Assembly (NCBI RefSeq): GCF_001194135.2 | Contig: NC_068989.1 | Span: 86,193,052 to 86,226,006, forward strand | DNA: 32,955 nucleotides | Origin: Octopus bimaculoides | Taxonomy: Eukaryota | Reading direction: 5' to 3' | In this document: positions 1 to 31,720 of the stretch, in pieces | How positions within the stretch are numbered: the stretch's first letter is position 1 | Layout: every line of letters starts with the position of its first letter | The notes under the pieces: generated by a model | Told to the model about the DNA's origin: nothing | The model's database searches: none | Seen by the model: only the letters and a program-made list of their open reading frames with translations | Program-made: the position numbers and the translations under genes

Positions 1-11
1 CAGCGACGACC

Positions 12-44
<33 letters not shown>

Positions 45-68
45 TGTATGTATGTATGTATGTATGTA

Positions 69-101
<33 letters not shown>

Positions 102-130
102 CTGTGTGTGTGTGTGTCTGTGTGTCTGTG

Positions 131-438
<308 letters not shown>

Positions 439-1092
439 ATATGTTTATAGATATGTGTGTCTTCATGCATACATATATAAAGATTTAGCAAGTACTGCTT
501 ATTCGATGTATGTATAAATAAACGCGTATGTATACATATTAATATACATTAATATCTGTACGTATGTATCTCCTTTAGTTTTAGCTTTTTGTTTTTTCAA
601 TTGCTCAGTATTTCCGAAATCGTTACACACAGTTCTAAATAATTACGTCAAAGGCCACCACCTCCACCGCCATGAGGTCAAACAGACAGCAGCAGCAGCA
701 ACACTTCTACTGTCACCACCACCACCACTACTACCATTATCACCGCCACCACTCCTTCGATAACACTCTCCGCCGTCGCCACCACCACCACCAACATAAG
801 CCGCAGATAGGTAGGTCAGTCACATCAAACAACAATAGCGAGAAAAAAAGTCGGTGCGGTTAGGACGTCCCAAGCAGAACGTCTGTCAGCGTCGAAGGAG
901 AACGCGCGTACATGAAAGTAGCTCCGTAAAAAATTTAATACCACCACCGACAACAACAACAACAACAGCAATATATTATAAAGAACCACTACGACTACTG
1001 GAGCAGCTACCATAACTAAGAATAGCTACAACACAACTATAACATTTTAAAATAATTACTGTGGAAGTTTGGTGATCTACAAGAAGCTGTAA

Positions 1093-19865
<18,773 letters not shown>

Positions 19866-21739
19866 TCAGCGGAGACATCGGTTTCCAGAAAAAATAAAAA
19901 TTGAAAACAGAGAGTGGTCGAAGAGAATGCTCTGGGATTGAACGCAGTTCATGAAATTAATGAATCAAAAAACCATGGAAAAACGTGTGCTGTGTATTAA
20001 CTTTCAGGAACAAAACCGTCTATGTCTGCATTATTCCAAGACGGTTTTGGTTACCAATGGCGTAGTCCTAAACAGATAACTGCCTTTTTTTTGTCTGCTC
20101 GATCAACAAGGGAGGACAAGACACATCGTTTATAAGCCGCCTCAATTTGTAAACTTACGGGATAGCTAAACGTATCCTTTAAAATATTACATTTCCCTGC
20201 TTTTAATCCGGCAGACATCATCGAGAATTAGAAAATGATACACATTCTCTGGGAGCCAGAAGTACAAGAAAAAGAGGTTCTTCGAACGAGGCTCTCAATT
20301 TGTGCGATTTCGTGGCAGGCACAGATAGAGCGTGAGATCGCAAGACCTACTGCTCACCTTAAACAACGGGCTTGCAATAGACGTTTTCAATATCAGATAC
20401 CAGTTGATGGTAGCTATGAGGTGATAGCATGTGATGTCATGTATAAGATCATATCTGAAATTGATATAGCATAAAATCAAATATCCTTTGGTAACAGTTG
20501 TCAGATGGCATAAGATATAACGTATCAGATATCACGTGATATAAAATATTAAAGCATATCAAATACTACAAAATAAATCATACTAGATTTCAAGATATCA
20601 GACGTTTTGCGATATAAATTGTCAGGATATCAAATACCAGATGTTAGAAGACATAAGACAATACAGCATATTAGATATAAGATAATATTTCATCTTAGGT
20701 GATCCAAAATGATACTGGTTATCCAGTAATACATGGTATTTTACGGTATCATATATTAGATTTGAAACATCAAACAGAATATTCTGTGATACCAGATGTC
20801 CTATGCCATATAATATTAAGTAGTCTCTGAAAACAATGTAATATGAGTTGCTACAAATACAACGAATATAACTGATCTCAATACACATTTGAATCAAAAC
20901 AATAGATTTATCATTATTTTTATTCCAAAGATCATAGTGAAAACGAGGCTACGGAGTTTTCTATGTTAACACAGTTACCAAATATATTTATTGATTGTAT
21001 GAATGACTGAGTGATAGATTAAAAAATAAAAAGAAGTTAAATGTGGGTGTATGTATGTCAGTATGGATGTGGAGTTGTTATAAATATCGATCTGGTATCG
21101 AATAAAATAATATAACTCTTGAAAGTACTCAATGCAATATAAGTGTAGAATCAAAACTTGTTTCGTAATCTGTTGTAATATCTGGCAATAATACAACTGT
21201 TTTAATACATCCATCCATCTATCCATACAAACATGCATACATACATGCATACATACACACACATATATATATGTATATGTATGTATGTATATATATATTT
21301 ATATATATATATATATATCTATATGTCTATATATATATATGTCTGTATGTCTATGTGTGTATATATATATATACATACATATATACATATATATGTATAT
21401 ATATATATANNNNNNNNNNNNNNNNNNNNNNNNNNNNNNNNNNNNNNNNNNNNNNNNNNNNNNNNNNNNNNNNNNNNNNNNNNNNNNNNNNNNNNNNNNN
21501 NNNNNNNNNNNNNNNNNNNNNNNNNNNNNNNNNNNNNNNNNNNNNNNNNNNNNNNNNNNNNNNNNNNNNNNNNNNNNNNNNNNNNNNNNNNNNNNNNNNN
21601 NNNNNNNNNNNNNNNNNNNNNNNNNNNNNNNNNNNNNNNNNNNNNNNNNNNNNNNNNNNNNNNNNNNNNNNNNNNNNNNNNNNNNNNNNNNNNNNNNNNN
21701 NNNNNNNNNNNNNNNNNNNNNNNNNNNNNNNNNNNNNNN

Positions 21740-21787
<48 letters not shown>

Positions 21788-21949
21788 ATGTGCATGTATG
21801 TATATATATATGTTTATATATATATATGTATATATGTACAAATGTCTGTGTATGTGTGTGTATGTATGCGCGTATGTATATGCGTGCATGTATATATATG
21901 CATATAAAAATTTACGTATATGTATGTATATATACATGTGCATACATAT

Positions 21950-22026
<77 letters not shown>

Positions 22027-22329
22027 TAGAGAAAGTAAGAGAGAGAATGGAGAAAAATATTTTCACCCCGCCTCCAGTTTTCTCAGCTTCCTCCCCCGCT
22101 TACGATGAAAATAAGTGAAAATATAAAATATATTTTGATAAAAATAAAATGTTTATAAAGAAACTTTAAATATGTGTTGTTCTTGAAACTTATTTCTATT
22201 TGTTTTCTTTCTTCCACCCGAGCTGAGTTACCTGTATTCAATAAACTCCCACTGTACATATTACATCATTGCCAGCTACCCGTTTGCACCCGTGTCTTTC
22301 AACCATATTGCATCAATGGCAGCTACCCA

Positions 22330-22480
22330 CATTACATCAATCGTCTTCATCAATATTACATCATTAAGAATAGAAAAGTTGTACAACTTTCAGAAAGCAG
22401 ACTTGCAAAAAGAACTCAGGAGGCTTAAAGACACCTGGTGGAGAAATTTGTCCGAGGAAGTTTAGGCAGCCTATGACAAG
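22330..22480 (+). pseudogene. Decayed LINE ORF fragment, RTE-like (region between endonuclease and RT)
   Basis: Frame reads EKLYNFQKADLQKELRRLKDTWWRNLSEEV*AAYDKK, resembling the RTE-type ..QRELR.MK..WW..KA.E.Q...D motif as I recall it. One in-frame TAG sits where Gln is expected. Confidence 0.6.
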
Positions 22481-22926
22481 AAACAAGTAAAAGATAAAAG
22501 ATATTACCAGGGACCCCCCCGAACCCCACCGCCGACTTGGCAATCCACCCCGCAGTCTGCGGATTGTTCCTTTTTCCTGCTTCTAATTGTTTCATTGTTT
22601 CATTGATAGCTATATGAAATGTTCTCTCTATCTTCTTCTCCTCCTCTTCCCCTTTCTCTCTCTCTTTCGCCTTCGTCTTCTTCTTCTTCTCCTTCTCCCA
22701 ACTCGAATATTCACAACTTGATTAATCACATCTTTAAAACATCATCAACAACAACAACAACAACGACGCCGACGACAACAACAACAACTATAACAACAGC
22801 GATAACACCGTTTCATTGTTCTCTGGGTGAGGTCCGTTCGAAAGGAACTTAAGAGTCAAGCTGATTCACTCGCCCTTTTGTTCGGCAACTTGGCGCTCTT
22901 GACCCTGGCAACTTGAAACAATCTTA

Positions 22927-22973
<47 letters not shown>

Positions 22974-25122
22974 TACATATACATATATATATACACACAC
23001 ACACTCACATACATACGCATACATATACATATATATACACATAAACACATATGTATATATGCATGTATATATGTATGNNNNNNNNNNNNNNNNNNNNNNN
23101 NNNNNNNNNNNNNNNNNNNNNNNNNNNNNNNNNNNNNNNNNNNNNNNNNNNNNNNNNNNNNNNNNNNNNNNNNNNNNNNNNNNNNNNNNNNNNNNNNNNN
23201 NNNNNNNNNNNNNNNNNNNNNNNNNNNNNNNNNNNNNNNNNNNNNNNNNNNNNNNNNNNNNNNNNNNNNNNNNNNNNNNNNNNNNNNNNNNNNNNNNNNN
23301 NNNNNNNNNNNNNNNNNNNNNNNNNNNNNNNNNNNNNNNNNNNNNNNNNNNNNNNNNNNNNNNNNNNNNNNNNNNNNNNNNNNNNNNNNNNNNNNNNNNN
23401 NNNNNNNNNACACACACACACACGCATACATATACATATATATATACATACAAATATCTACATGCAGATATGTATAGACATATATATGTATATGTATGTA
23501 TGTATGTATCTATCTATCTATCTATCAATGTCGCTCCCACCACCTCGCCAACTTCCCCTGCTCCCATATTCCGTATCAACACCTCCTTACCGCAAACGCG
23601 CTACCTGACACCCAACCTCCTTCGCAGAGGGCCAAAGTCAAGAACCAGTATCTTTCACTGGAAGCTGGGTGCTAATTAGATGTCAGTTCAAGTTGACATT
23701 GTTGCTGGCCTCGTAATGACGACGGTGTCGAGTGGGGGAAGTAGCATTTAGGATTGTGGAGTTGTTGTGGGGGTGGGGGTGGGGGGTGTATTGGTAATTG
23801 TGGTATTGTTATGGGCGCTAGTGTTAGTGAATGTGCTTCTGGTGTTGCTGTAGCTGTTCACCTTGGTACTAGTGCAGTTGTTGAAGTTGGTAGTCTTTGT
23901 GTTTCTGGTTGTAGTGGTTTTGTTGCGAGTGGTATTCTTGATGGTTGTGGTGTTGTACTGATACACTATCATCTAAGACAACACCAAATCTACCAAGATA
24001 GACTAAGCAATGTCAGTAAACAACTTCTGTGTTTCTTTTACCAAATGTGGGTGGAGAATGATGTAGTATTTACTTTGCGACAGTGTTTGAAAAGGATTAT
24101 ATGTTGATATAGTCTCTTCTTAAATTGATTTTCTGCTAACCCAAGTAATACACTTACTGCATTTTCCCCTCCATTTGTTGTAGGTTGATACACGATGCAG
24201 TCACTCATGTACTGGTTTCCCAAAGTGTTTCGAAAATTACTGTTGCCTCCTTTTTCCCATTGTTTTGTTTGTATTACGTGAAAGTATTCTATTGTTATGC
24301 AACCAAATATTTTTTCTTATAACAACTGATTTTATGTAGATCCTGTTGAGTAATTTATAAAATTTGTTGTATTCTTTGACGAGTTTGTTGCTTAACTTAG
24401 GGGTAAGTAAGAATCGATAAGAATCTGAAACAACTATTGGTATCGATATAATCCATTAGACACACTTGAAGGCGGTCTTCCGGTACGGTCACAGTTCTAT
24501 CACTGGAGCTAGAGAAAAAAAATAAAAGAATACATACATACATACATACATACATACATACATACATACATACTTCTCAAAGCCAGAAGCTGAGCCTGTC
24601 ATAAAATTTATCTTTTTCATAATTCCTACTTATAGTGCTTCAATTCTATAATATTTTGTTTGGCATAGTGAGACCCCAAGAATATTCAATATTGAGACTG
24701 TGAAAAGGTAGAGAATGGAAAAAAACTGACTCCTGGATCTCTGGACTAGAAAATCCTACGGGCCACAATCCCATTTCATAGGTCATGTTCACTTTATTGT
24801 TAATGCGTTCTCTTCATTTTAGTTACACCCCAGTATTTGATATTATTTGAAGCCATGATAAGTTTTTCTACAGAACGTTTCCTGTGGGAAAATACAGAGC
24901 GCCGAATAATATGGCTGTTTAAGTACATCCGCTTTGCTAAAGTACTGTATTTTCCGGTGTACAAATCGAATTTTCCAGGTCAAAGTTTACAACCAAAATA
25001 AGGTAGGTCAACTCATACACCAAAATGACTTTGGAGAAACAAAATTTCCTTGTGAAATGCAGCAAGATTTGGAAAAACCGTAACAATGTTTGAATGTTTA
25101 CACTGCATGTTTACACTATATA

Positions 25123-25916
25123 CAGTAAATCCTCGAGTATAGTCCGCCCTTGAGTATAATACGCAGGGGATTTTTAGGGGTCTGTACCTCTGAAAAACCT
25201 AAACCTTGTGTATAATACGCACCCCTTCTCTAACTTGAGTCAAGGAGGTCTATATAACATCCTTGGTTTGTAAACGTATATACGGTAACGTCCTTTATTA
25301 TTATTGTATATATAACATAATGCAAACGTGTAGCTTTTTTGTGCACTTTGTTAGCAGAAAATAAAGAAATAACAGTAATAACGTCAGTGAAAAATAAATA
25401 TTAAGTAAATAGCCTTTACATATTTATCACTATCAGTTACAAAAGCAAAAGCAAAAACATTTATTCAAATCCTTCAAATTCACTTTCAGCATTAAATAAC
25501 TGTTCCATTTGTTCCTCCGTAAACATGTCAGCATCATTGTAGTGTAAATCTCCGTCATCGTCAGATTCATAGTCAACATCAGAAGATTCACTTTCATTTA
25601 TTTCATCTTTCCACACAACGTCATCCTGAGTACCATCCAGTGCAGACGATATACAACACTTTTATTTTAATAAATGTTGCTTATTGCAAGTTATGGATGA
25701 TTCTTTTATGACTTCATTGCTTTCAGGCTTAGCTTAAGGTATCTTCGCACCCGACATCACAAAATTCGTCTGAATAAACATTGCCGGACAGCAAATAGAG
25801 ACTCGGACATTGCTTAGAAAATATTTTTCATCTTTAACCTCATATATAGTACGCACTAGGGATTTTGACCTTTAAATTTTGGGAAAAAAATGCGGATTAT
25901 ACTCGAGGATTTACGG
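25123..25916 (-). mobile_element. pogo-family DNA transposon deletion derivative (794 bp)
   Basis: TA-CAGTAAATCCTCGAGTATAGTCCGC...GCGGATTATACTCGAGGATTTACGG-TA. TIRs 23/25 identical, TA duplication, subterminal gagtataatacgc-type repeats. Confidence 0.9.
25461..25661 (-). pseudogene. pogo-type transposase C-terminal remnant (66 aa)
   Basis: KCCISSALDGTQDDVVWKDEINESESSDVDYESDDDGDLHYNDADMFTEEQMEQLFNAESEFEGFE*. Resembles the FKKCGIS.ALDG.EDD...FEGF tail of pogo transposases. In-frame stop immediately upstream; no DDE core present. Confidence 0.8.
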
Positions 25917-25959
25917 TACAACGTCGACTTGTATGCCGGAAAAGACGGTAGATGAATTA

Positions 25960-26270
25960 AATTTTCCTTCTCTATTGACATATTTCCTCCCCATTTATTG
26001 AGTCACAGCACGTTCTTCAAATTGAAGTTCTGTCGGGTCACCTAACGGTGTAGGTTGGAGACTTTCTGAACCTTCGCGTCATTTATAGTGTTACATTTAT
26101 TTTAACTGTATTGGATGACATTTGTGATGTTATTAACATATAGTTAAGGAGAAGCGGGACCAATACACTGCCCCAAGGAACACTACTAATGACTTTTACT
26201 GGGCTTAAGTGGACTCTGCCGATCATATGTTGGATATAGTTTAACAGGAAGCACTTAATCCATTGCAGCA
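25960..26270 (-). pseudogene. Decayed LINE reverse-transcriptase fragment (CR1/L2-like)
   Basis: QWIKCFL...VISSVPWGSVLVPLLL resembles WI..FL...VTSGVPQGSVLGPLLF. A frameshifted ...DAKV near 26070-26085 lies where the YADD(T)K motif is expected. Confidence 0.75.
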
Positions 26271-26543
26271 CACATTCACACGCACGTACACACACATAGA
26301 TATAATGCGTATATGCGCATATATATGAATAAATGATGGCCAATTTTGTTTATATTACATACATTTTTATTACTGCCTTTAAGCAATTCAATTGCGTAGA
26401 AAGAGAAGAAGAGGGAGTGAGAGACAGAGCTGGATAAATTGATAGATAGATAAATACAGAGAAAGAGAGAGAGAGGGAGGGAGATAGATAGATAGATCGA
26501 GAGAGGGAGGGAGATAGATAGATAGATCGAGAGAGATTGATAG

Positions 26544-26588
<45 letters not shown>

Positions 26589-27134
26589 TTGTATGTTAAT
26601 GTTTCCATGTGTTATAGAGAGGTTAGCAGAGAGAGATGATCTCTGACCTACTTAGAGCACAGATATTTTATTGGGACGGAAGCGCAGTCTTCCAATTGAT
26701 ATAAAACCAAAAATATTTACTTTCTCACAAGCTTGGTTATTTATGCTTGCTCCACTCACTAACATGTACATCTGTCTGCGCGTGCGAGCGTGTGTGTGTG
26801 TGTGTGTGAGTGTGTGCGCGCGCGCGCATATGTGTGTGTATGGGAGTCTGTGTGTGCGTGTATGCTCCTGTAAATCTGTGTGTCTGAGGTGTACGGATGT
26901 CAAGATGTCTAGATACATGGTTGATGGATAGAGAACATGACATGAAGAGAAGGGAAGGCCAGTGTATGAGGGTGAGATGGTATAATAGCGAGGAGAGAGA
27001 TAGATAGATGGATAGATAGATAGAGAGAGAAACAGAGAAAGAGAGAGAGAGACGTGAGTGATAGGGTGAGGAAAAGAAAGGAAGAGAAGAGCACAAAGTA
27101 GAACGAGAGAGGAAGAGAGAAATTCAATATGTAT

Positions 27135-27192
<58 letters not shown>

Positions 27193-28488
27193 TCTTACAT
27201 AGATACGCAAGCATACAAACGCGGACATATATGTACATATCCGGTAAACCACTTATTTAGATCATGGCCACAAAATTGCTGGCCGTTGTGAAATATATGA
27301 AACATATGGTACAGTATGGGTAACGCAGTCGTAATACTTTTGTCATCGCTGTTGCTGTTGGTGGTGGTGTCGTTGTTGTAATGATATGCTTTGTTTATAT
27401 CTGGAAGCATATGGAATAACCTTTACGCGACCGTTTTGCTGTTGCAATATAGTTGTAAACAGCGATAATAACATTAGTAACAGCAATTCAAACTATTAGT
27501 TAGTTTAACATCACCACATGGGGCATGAGACGTCTTGGCACAGCGCTTTTGGCGTCGCCTCTATGGCATCGCTAATTCGACGATGACCTATTTGACCACA
27601 GACGTTTTAATGTTCCTCTCATATGAATCAGTTTCTGCCTCTCCCTGTCTCTATTTCTCTCCACTTCTTTTTCTCTTTCTTAGTTTATGTTTGTGAGCGT
27701 ACTTTTTTTATGTGTTTGAAGAAAGGGTAAGTGTTTATGCCCACTATCTTTAGTTAATGATATTTCTCTCTTCTTCTCTCTCCCTCACTCTCCTTCCCCC
27801 CTTCTCTCCTATTCTCTCCCTGTTTCCTTCTTTCTCACTCACTACCTGTATGTCTATATTCCTGCGCGTGCGTGTTTGTGTGTATGCGCGTGTGTGTGTA
27901 ATACCTTTGTCTCCTTTCTTTTATCTATCTATGTGTCTATATTTCTGCGCGTCCATGCGCGTGTGTATGAATGTGTAAGTGTGTGTGTGTTTGTATACGT
28001 GTGTGCGTGTCTAAGGTGTACACATGTGTATATGCATGTGTGTGTAGCTGTATGCGTGTGTATGTGTATGTGTGTTATGTGTGTGTATGCGCATATGTGT
28101 GTAATGTCTCTCTCTCCTTTCTCTCCCTCTATACTTCTGCGCTTGTATGTTCATTTGTATGTGCATGTGTGTGCGTGTGTGTGTGAGTGTGCGTGTGCGC
28201 TGGCGTGTTTGTGTGTGTGAGTCTATGTTTGTGTGTGTGTGTCTATGTTTGTGTATGCGTGTCTGTTGACTCCAGCATTAAAAAAGTACAGTCATGAAAA
28301 ACAGCCGCGCCAGATCTTTTGCTTACAAATGGCTACGCCAAATCGTCTCACACTGCACCTCGCTGTTTTTTCTGACTATATTTAGCACAGCCCTCTTGTT
28401 TCAAGGATTCGGGCCAGGACTTTTGTTTAGAGGTTAACTCTCTCCTTGTCTTCCAACAACCTGAGCGCTGACCTTTCACTCTTTGACT

Positions 28489-28598
28489 GGGGTTCAGTCC
28501 CTCTGCGTGGCACCTTGGGCAAGTGTCTTCTACTATAGCCTCGGGCCGATTAAAGCCTTGAGTGGATTTGGTAGACGGAAACTGAAAGAAGCCCGTCG

Positions 28599-28637
<39 letters not shown>

Positions 28638-28925
28638 GCGCACACACACACACATATATAGATATATATATATGTATGTATGTATGTATGTGCGTGTGTT
28701 TGTGTGTCTGTGTTTGTCTGCCCCTCAACATCGCTTGACAATCGATGATGGTGTGTTTACGTCCCCGTAATATAGCGGTTCGGCAAAAAGAGACCGATAG
28801 GATAAGTACTAGGCTTGCAAAGAATAAGTCGTGGGGGTCGATTTGCTCGACTAAACGCGGTGCTCCAGCCTGACCGCAGTCAAATAACTGAAACAGGTAA
28901 AAGAGTAAAAGAAAAACAAAAGAAT
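28489..28925 (+). mobile_element. SINE family A, 5'-truncated at the B box, with a long internal microsatellite
   Basis: Aligns to 29938-30355 from gggttcagtcc to the aaagagtaaaaga tail. Confidence 0.9.
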
Positions 28926-29183
28926 ATAAGGAACCACGAATAATAGCAACAACCACCACAACAACAACAATATTAATAAAAGAGGCCCAATAACCTATGT
29001 ACTCAACAGCTCTATAGAACCTCACAAATTGGAGAGCTTCTCAAGCAGTACATAGGTGTGCACTCACACACACACACACACACACATGGTTGCATATCTA
29101 GAAACCTGCAGATATGTACATGTTGCTATCATTGATAAACTATTTTTGGTAAGATAACGCATAAATTGAGTGAATATAGGTAT

Positions 29184-29220
<37 letters not shown>

Positions 29221-29395
29221 TATGCATGTATGCATCAGCACAGGTCACAGAGTGACTCACGGCCATTGTCAAACTTATCAATAAACGAAAAACTCTCGGT
29301 TCTTGAGTAACTGTGTGACTTCTGCCGATTAATAAAAGTATTTATATAAGACACACAAACACACACACACACATACACACATATATATACATATA

Positions 29396-29560
29396 TACGA
29401 CGGGCTTCTTTCAGTTTCCGCCTACCAAATCCACTCACAAGGCTTTGGTTGGCCCGAGGCTATAGTAGTAGACACTTGCCCAAAGTGCCACGCAGTGGGA
29501 CTGAACCCGGAACCATGTGGTTGGTAAGCAAGCTACTTACCACACAGCCACTCCAGCGCC
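29396..29560 (-). mobile_element. SINE family A, 5' half only
   Basis: Reverse complement of 29938-30100. Similarity ends at the internal (TA/CA) tract. Confidence 0.9.
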
Positions 29561-29937
29561 TATTAGAAAATTTTTTTAAAGACTTCGATATGCATTGACG
29601 ATAACCACAGAGGTCCCTATTTTATTCAACTGGACCCTCCGAATCATACAATGTTAAAAAATTCCTTTACATTTTTATAATTAAATATNNNNNNNNNNNN
29701 NNNNNNNNNNNNNNNNNNNNNNNNNNNNNNNNNNNNNNNNNNNNNNNNNNNNNNNNNNNNNNNNNNNAAAATTGCCAAAAAAAAAAGGGTTATCTCCCCA
29801 TTAAAAAATCGAGTTACTATGGCGACAAGAGATTGGATTAAAAGAGTTAGATCCTTTTAATTCAATACTTCAACACGTTGTTGACGTTTGGCCCTCTCAG
29901 TAGCCATCGTATGATCTGTTATAAAAATATAACCAGA

Positions 29938-30355
29938 GGCGTAGGAGTGGCTGTATGGTAAGTAGCTTGCTTACGAACCACATGGTTCCAGGTTCAGTCC
30001 CACTGCGTGGCACATTGGGCAAGTGTCTTCTACTATAGCCTCGGGCCGATCAAAGCCTTGTGAGTGGATTTGGTAGACGGAAACTGAAAGAAGCCCGTCG
30101 TATATATGTATATATATATGTATGTGTGTGTATATGTTTGTGTGTCTGGGTTTGTCCCCCCTCCACCAACATCGCTTGACAACCGATGCTGGTGTGTTTA
30201 CGACCCCGTAAATTAGCGGTTCGGCAAAAGAGCCCGATAGAATAAGCACTAGGCTTACAAAGAATAAGTCCTGGGGTCGATTTGCTCGACTAAAAGGCGG
30301 TGCTCCAGCATGGCCACAGTCAAATGACTGAAACAAGAAAAAGAGTAAAACAGTA
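29938..30355 (+). mobile_element. SINE family A, full length (tRNA-like head, CORE-like ccttgggcaag segment, internal microsatellite, (TAAAAGA)-type tail)
   Basis: A box tggctgtatggtaag, B box ggttcagtccc. Used as reference for the other copies in this window. Confidence 0.92.
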
Positions 30356-30939
30356 GATTCAATAAGATGCTTAATTTTTCCAGTTTCCATAATATTATCA
30401 GATTCAAAACGAGGTTTCATCTTTTCACTTTTTATGTTTAATCTTTTCATGTTTTTTTTTGTTTTATTCAAGGTTAAACAATTTTTTTTTAGCGACCAAA
30501 AGTACCGATATTTCTCGTAAAACGGGGTGAGATAACCCAACTTTTTAATGGGGGTGAGATAACCAAAAAGTACCGAAAATTTGTTAGAATATATTGTGTA
30601 TTGCTAACCAATTCACTGCACATAAATTTTAACAACAAAATCTTATATGAACCCCCAATGATTATGTGTTCTGCGTGGTTTGAAAGAGAATTGGCTGCTT
30701 TTTTTAGCAGCCCAAGATACCACATAGTGGACGCCCGGGCACAATTATTCATTCTTCAAAGACAAGCTATTCTAAGAACGATGTCTGACTCCTACACCAC
30801 TGACTAATGAATGACCGCAATGAAATGAGTGGCAAGAGATGCACTTGGCCTTCATTAACAACGTAGAATGGTTTGTAAAACTGAAACACCTCACGTTTAA
30901 TTGTCGACAGCTGACCATGACACAGAGTAAGGCTGCCGT

Positions 30940-31243
30940 AAAGAAGAAGAAGAAGAAGAAGAAGAAGAAGAAGAAGAAGAAGAAGAAGAAGAAGAAGAAG
31001 AAGAAGAAGAAGAAGAAGAAGAAGNNNNNNNNNNGAAGAAGAAAGAGAAAAAGAAGAAGAAGAAGGAGAAGAAGAAGAATAAGAAGAAGAAGGAGAAGAA
31101 GGAGAAGAAGAAGAAGAAGAAGAAAAGGAAGAAGGAGAAGAAGAAGAAGAAGGAGAAGAAGAAGAAGAAGAAGAAGAAAGAGAAGAAGAAGAAGAAGAAG
31201 AAGAAGAAGAAGAAGAAGAAGAAGAAGAAGAAGAAGAAGAAAG
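30940..31243. repeat. (GAA/GGA/AAA)n polypurine tract, about 300 nt, with a 10-N gap
   Basis: Seen directly. Confidence 0.95.
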
Positions 31244-31429
31244 CGAAGTATTTTACATGAAAACAGATGATTTAGAAGAAAGAAAAGACGATAAAAATGC
31301 AAGAAAAACAAACGAGAAAGAATCAGAGAAGAAAATTATGTTAGTTTTGGCGAATGTTTATAGACAAATGTTAGGCAGCCATGTGTATTGGCAATGAGTC
31401 GCTGTTACGTTGATCGAGGAAACACTTCT

Positions 31430-31688
31430 GTCTTACTTGTTTCCGTCAGTTGACAGCGGCTTTGCTGGGGCATCACTTTGAAGGGTTTTAGTCAAGTAGA
31501 TCGATATCGGTTCAATTTTTCAAAGTCTGGGACTGATTCTGTCGGCCTCTATTGCCCAACCGCTTGTCAGGCAATGGTAGGGGACAGTCGCAAACACCAA
31601 GCTGTAGTGTAAGACATTTGCCCTACGCACCACATAGTGGAACTGAACGGGCTTGCAGAGCGAGCTTAACTACACAGCCGTGCGTGCG
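31430..31688 (-). mobile_element. Old, highly diverged family-A-like SINE
   Basis: cttacttgtttccgtcagttgac (tail) through gctgtagtgtaagacatttgccc...gtggaactgaac...tacacagccg (head). Internal microsatellite absent. Confidence 0.65.
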
Positions 31689-31720
31689 ACAATGCAAAGC
31701 CATTTAGATCTGTTAGTTAA

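Larger units (their letters stand above)
24945..25948. mobile_element. Older pogo-like MITE (about 208 bp without the insert), interrupted by a nested element
   Basis: TA (24943-24944) CTGTATTTTCCGGTGTACAAATCGA...TCGACTTGTATGCCGGAAAAGACGG TA (25949-25950). Imperfect TIRs, about 80% identical. Confidence 0.72.

Noticed and set aside
23527-24107. Exon(s) of a neighbouring gene (Thr/Asn-rich minus ORF 23748-23972, Gly/Val-rich plus ORF 23754-24107, possible minus acceptor near 23973)
   Set aside because: These are low-complexity complementary frames with no recognisable motif and no partner exons in the window. RNA-seq would be needed.
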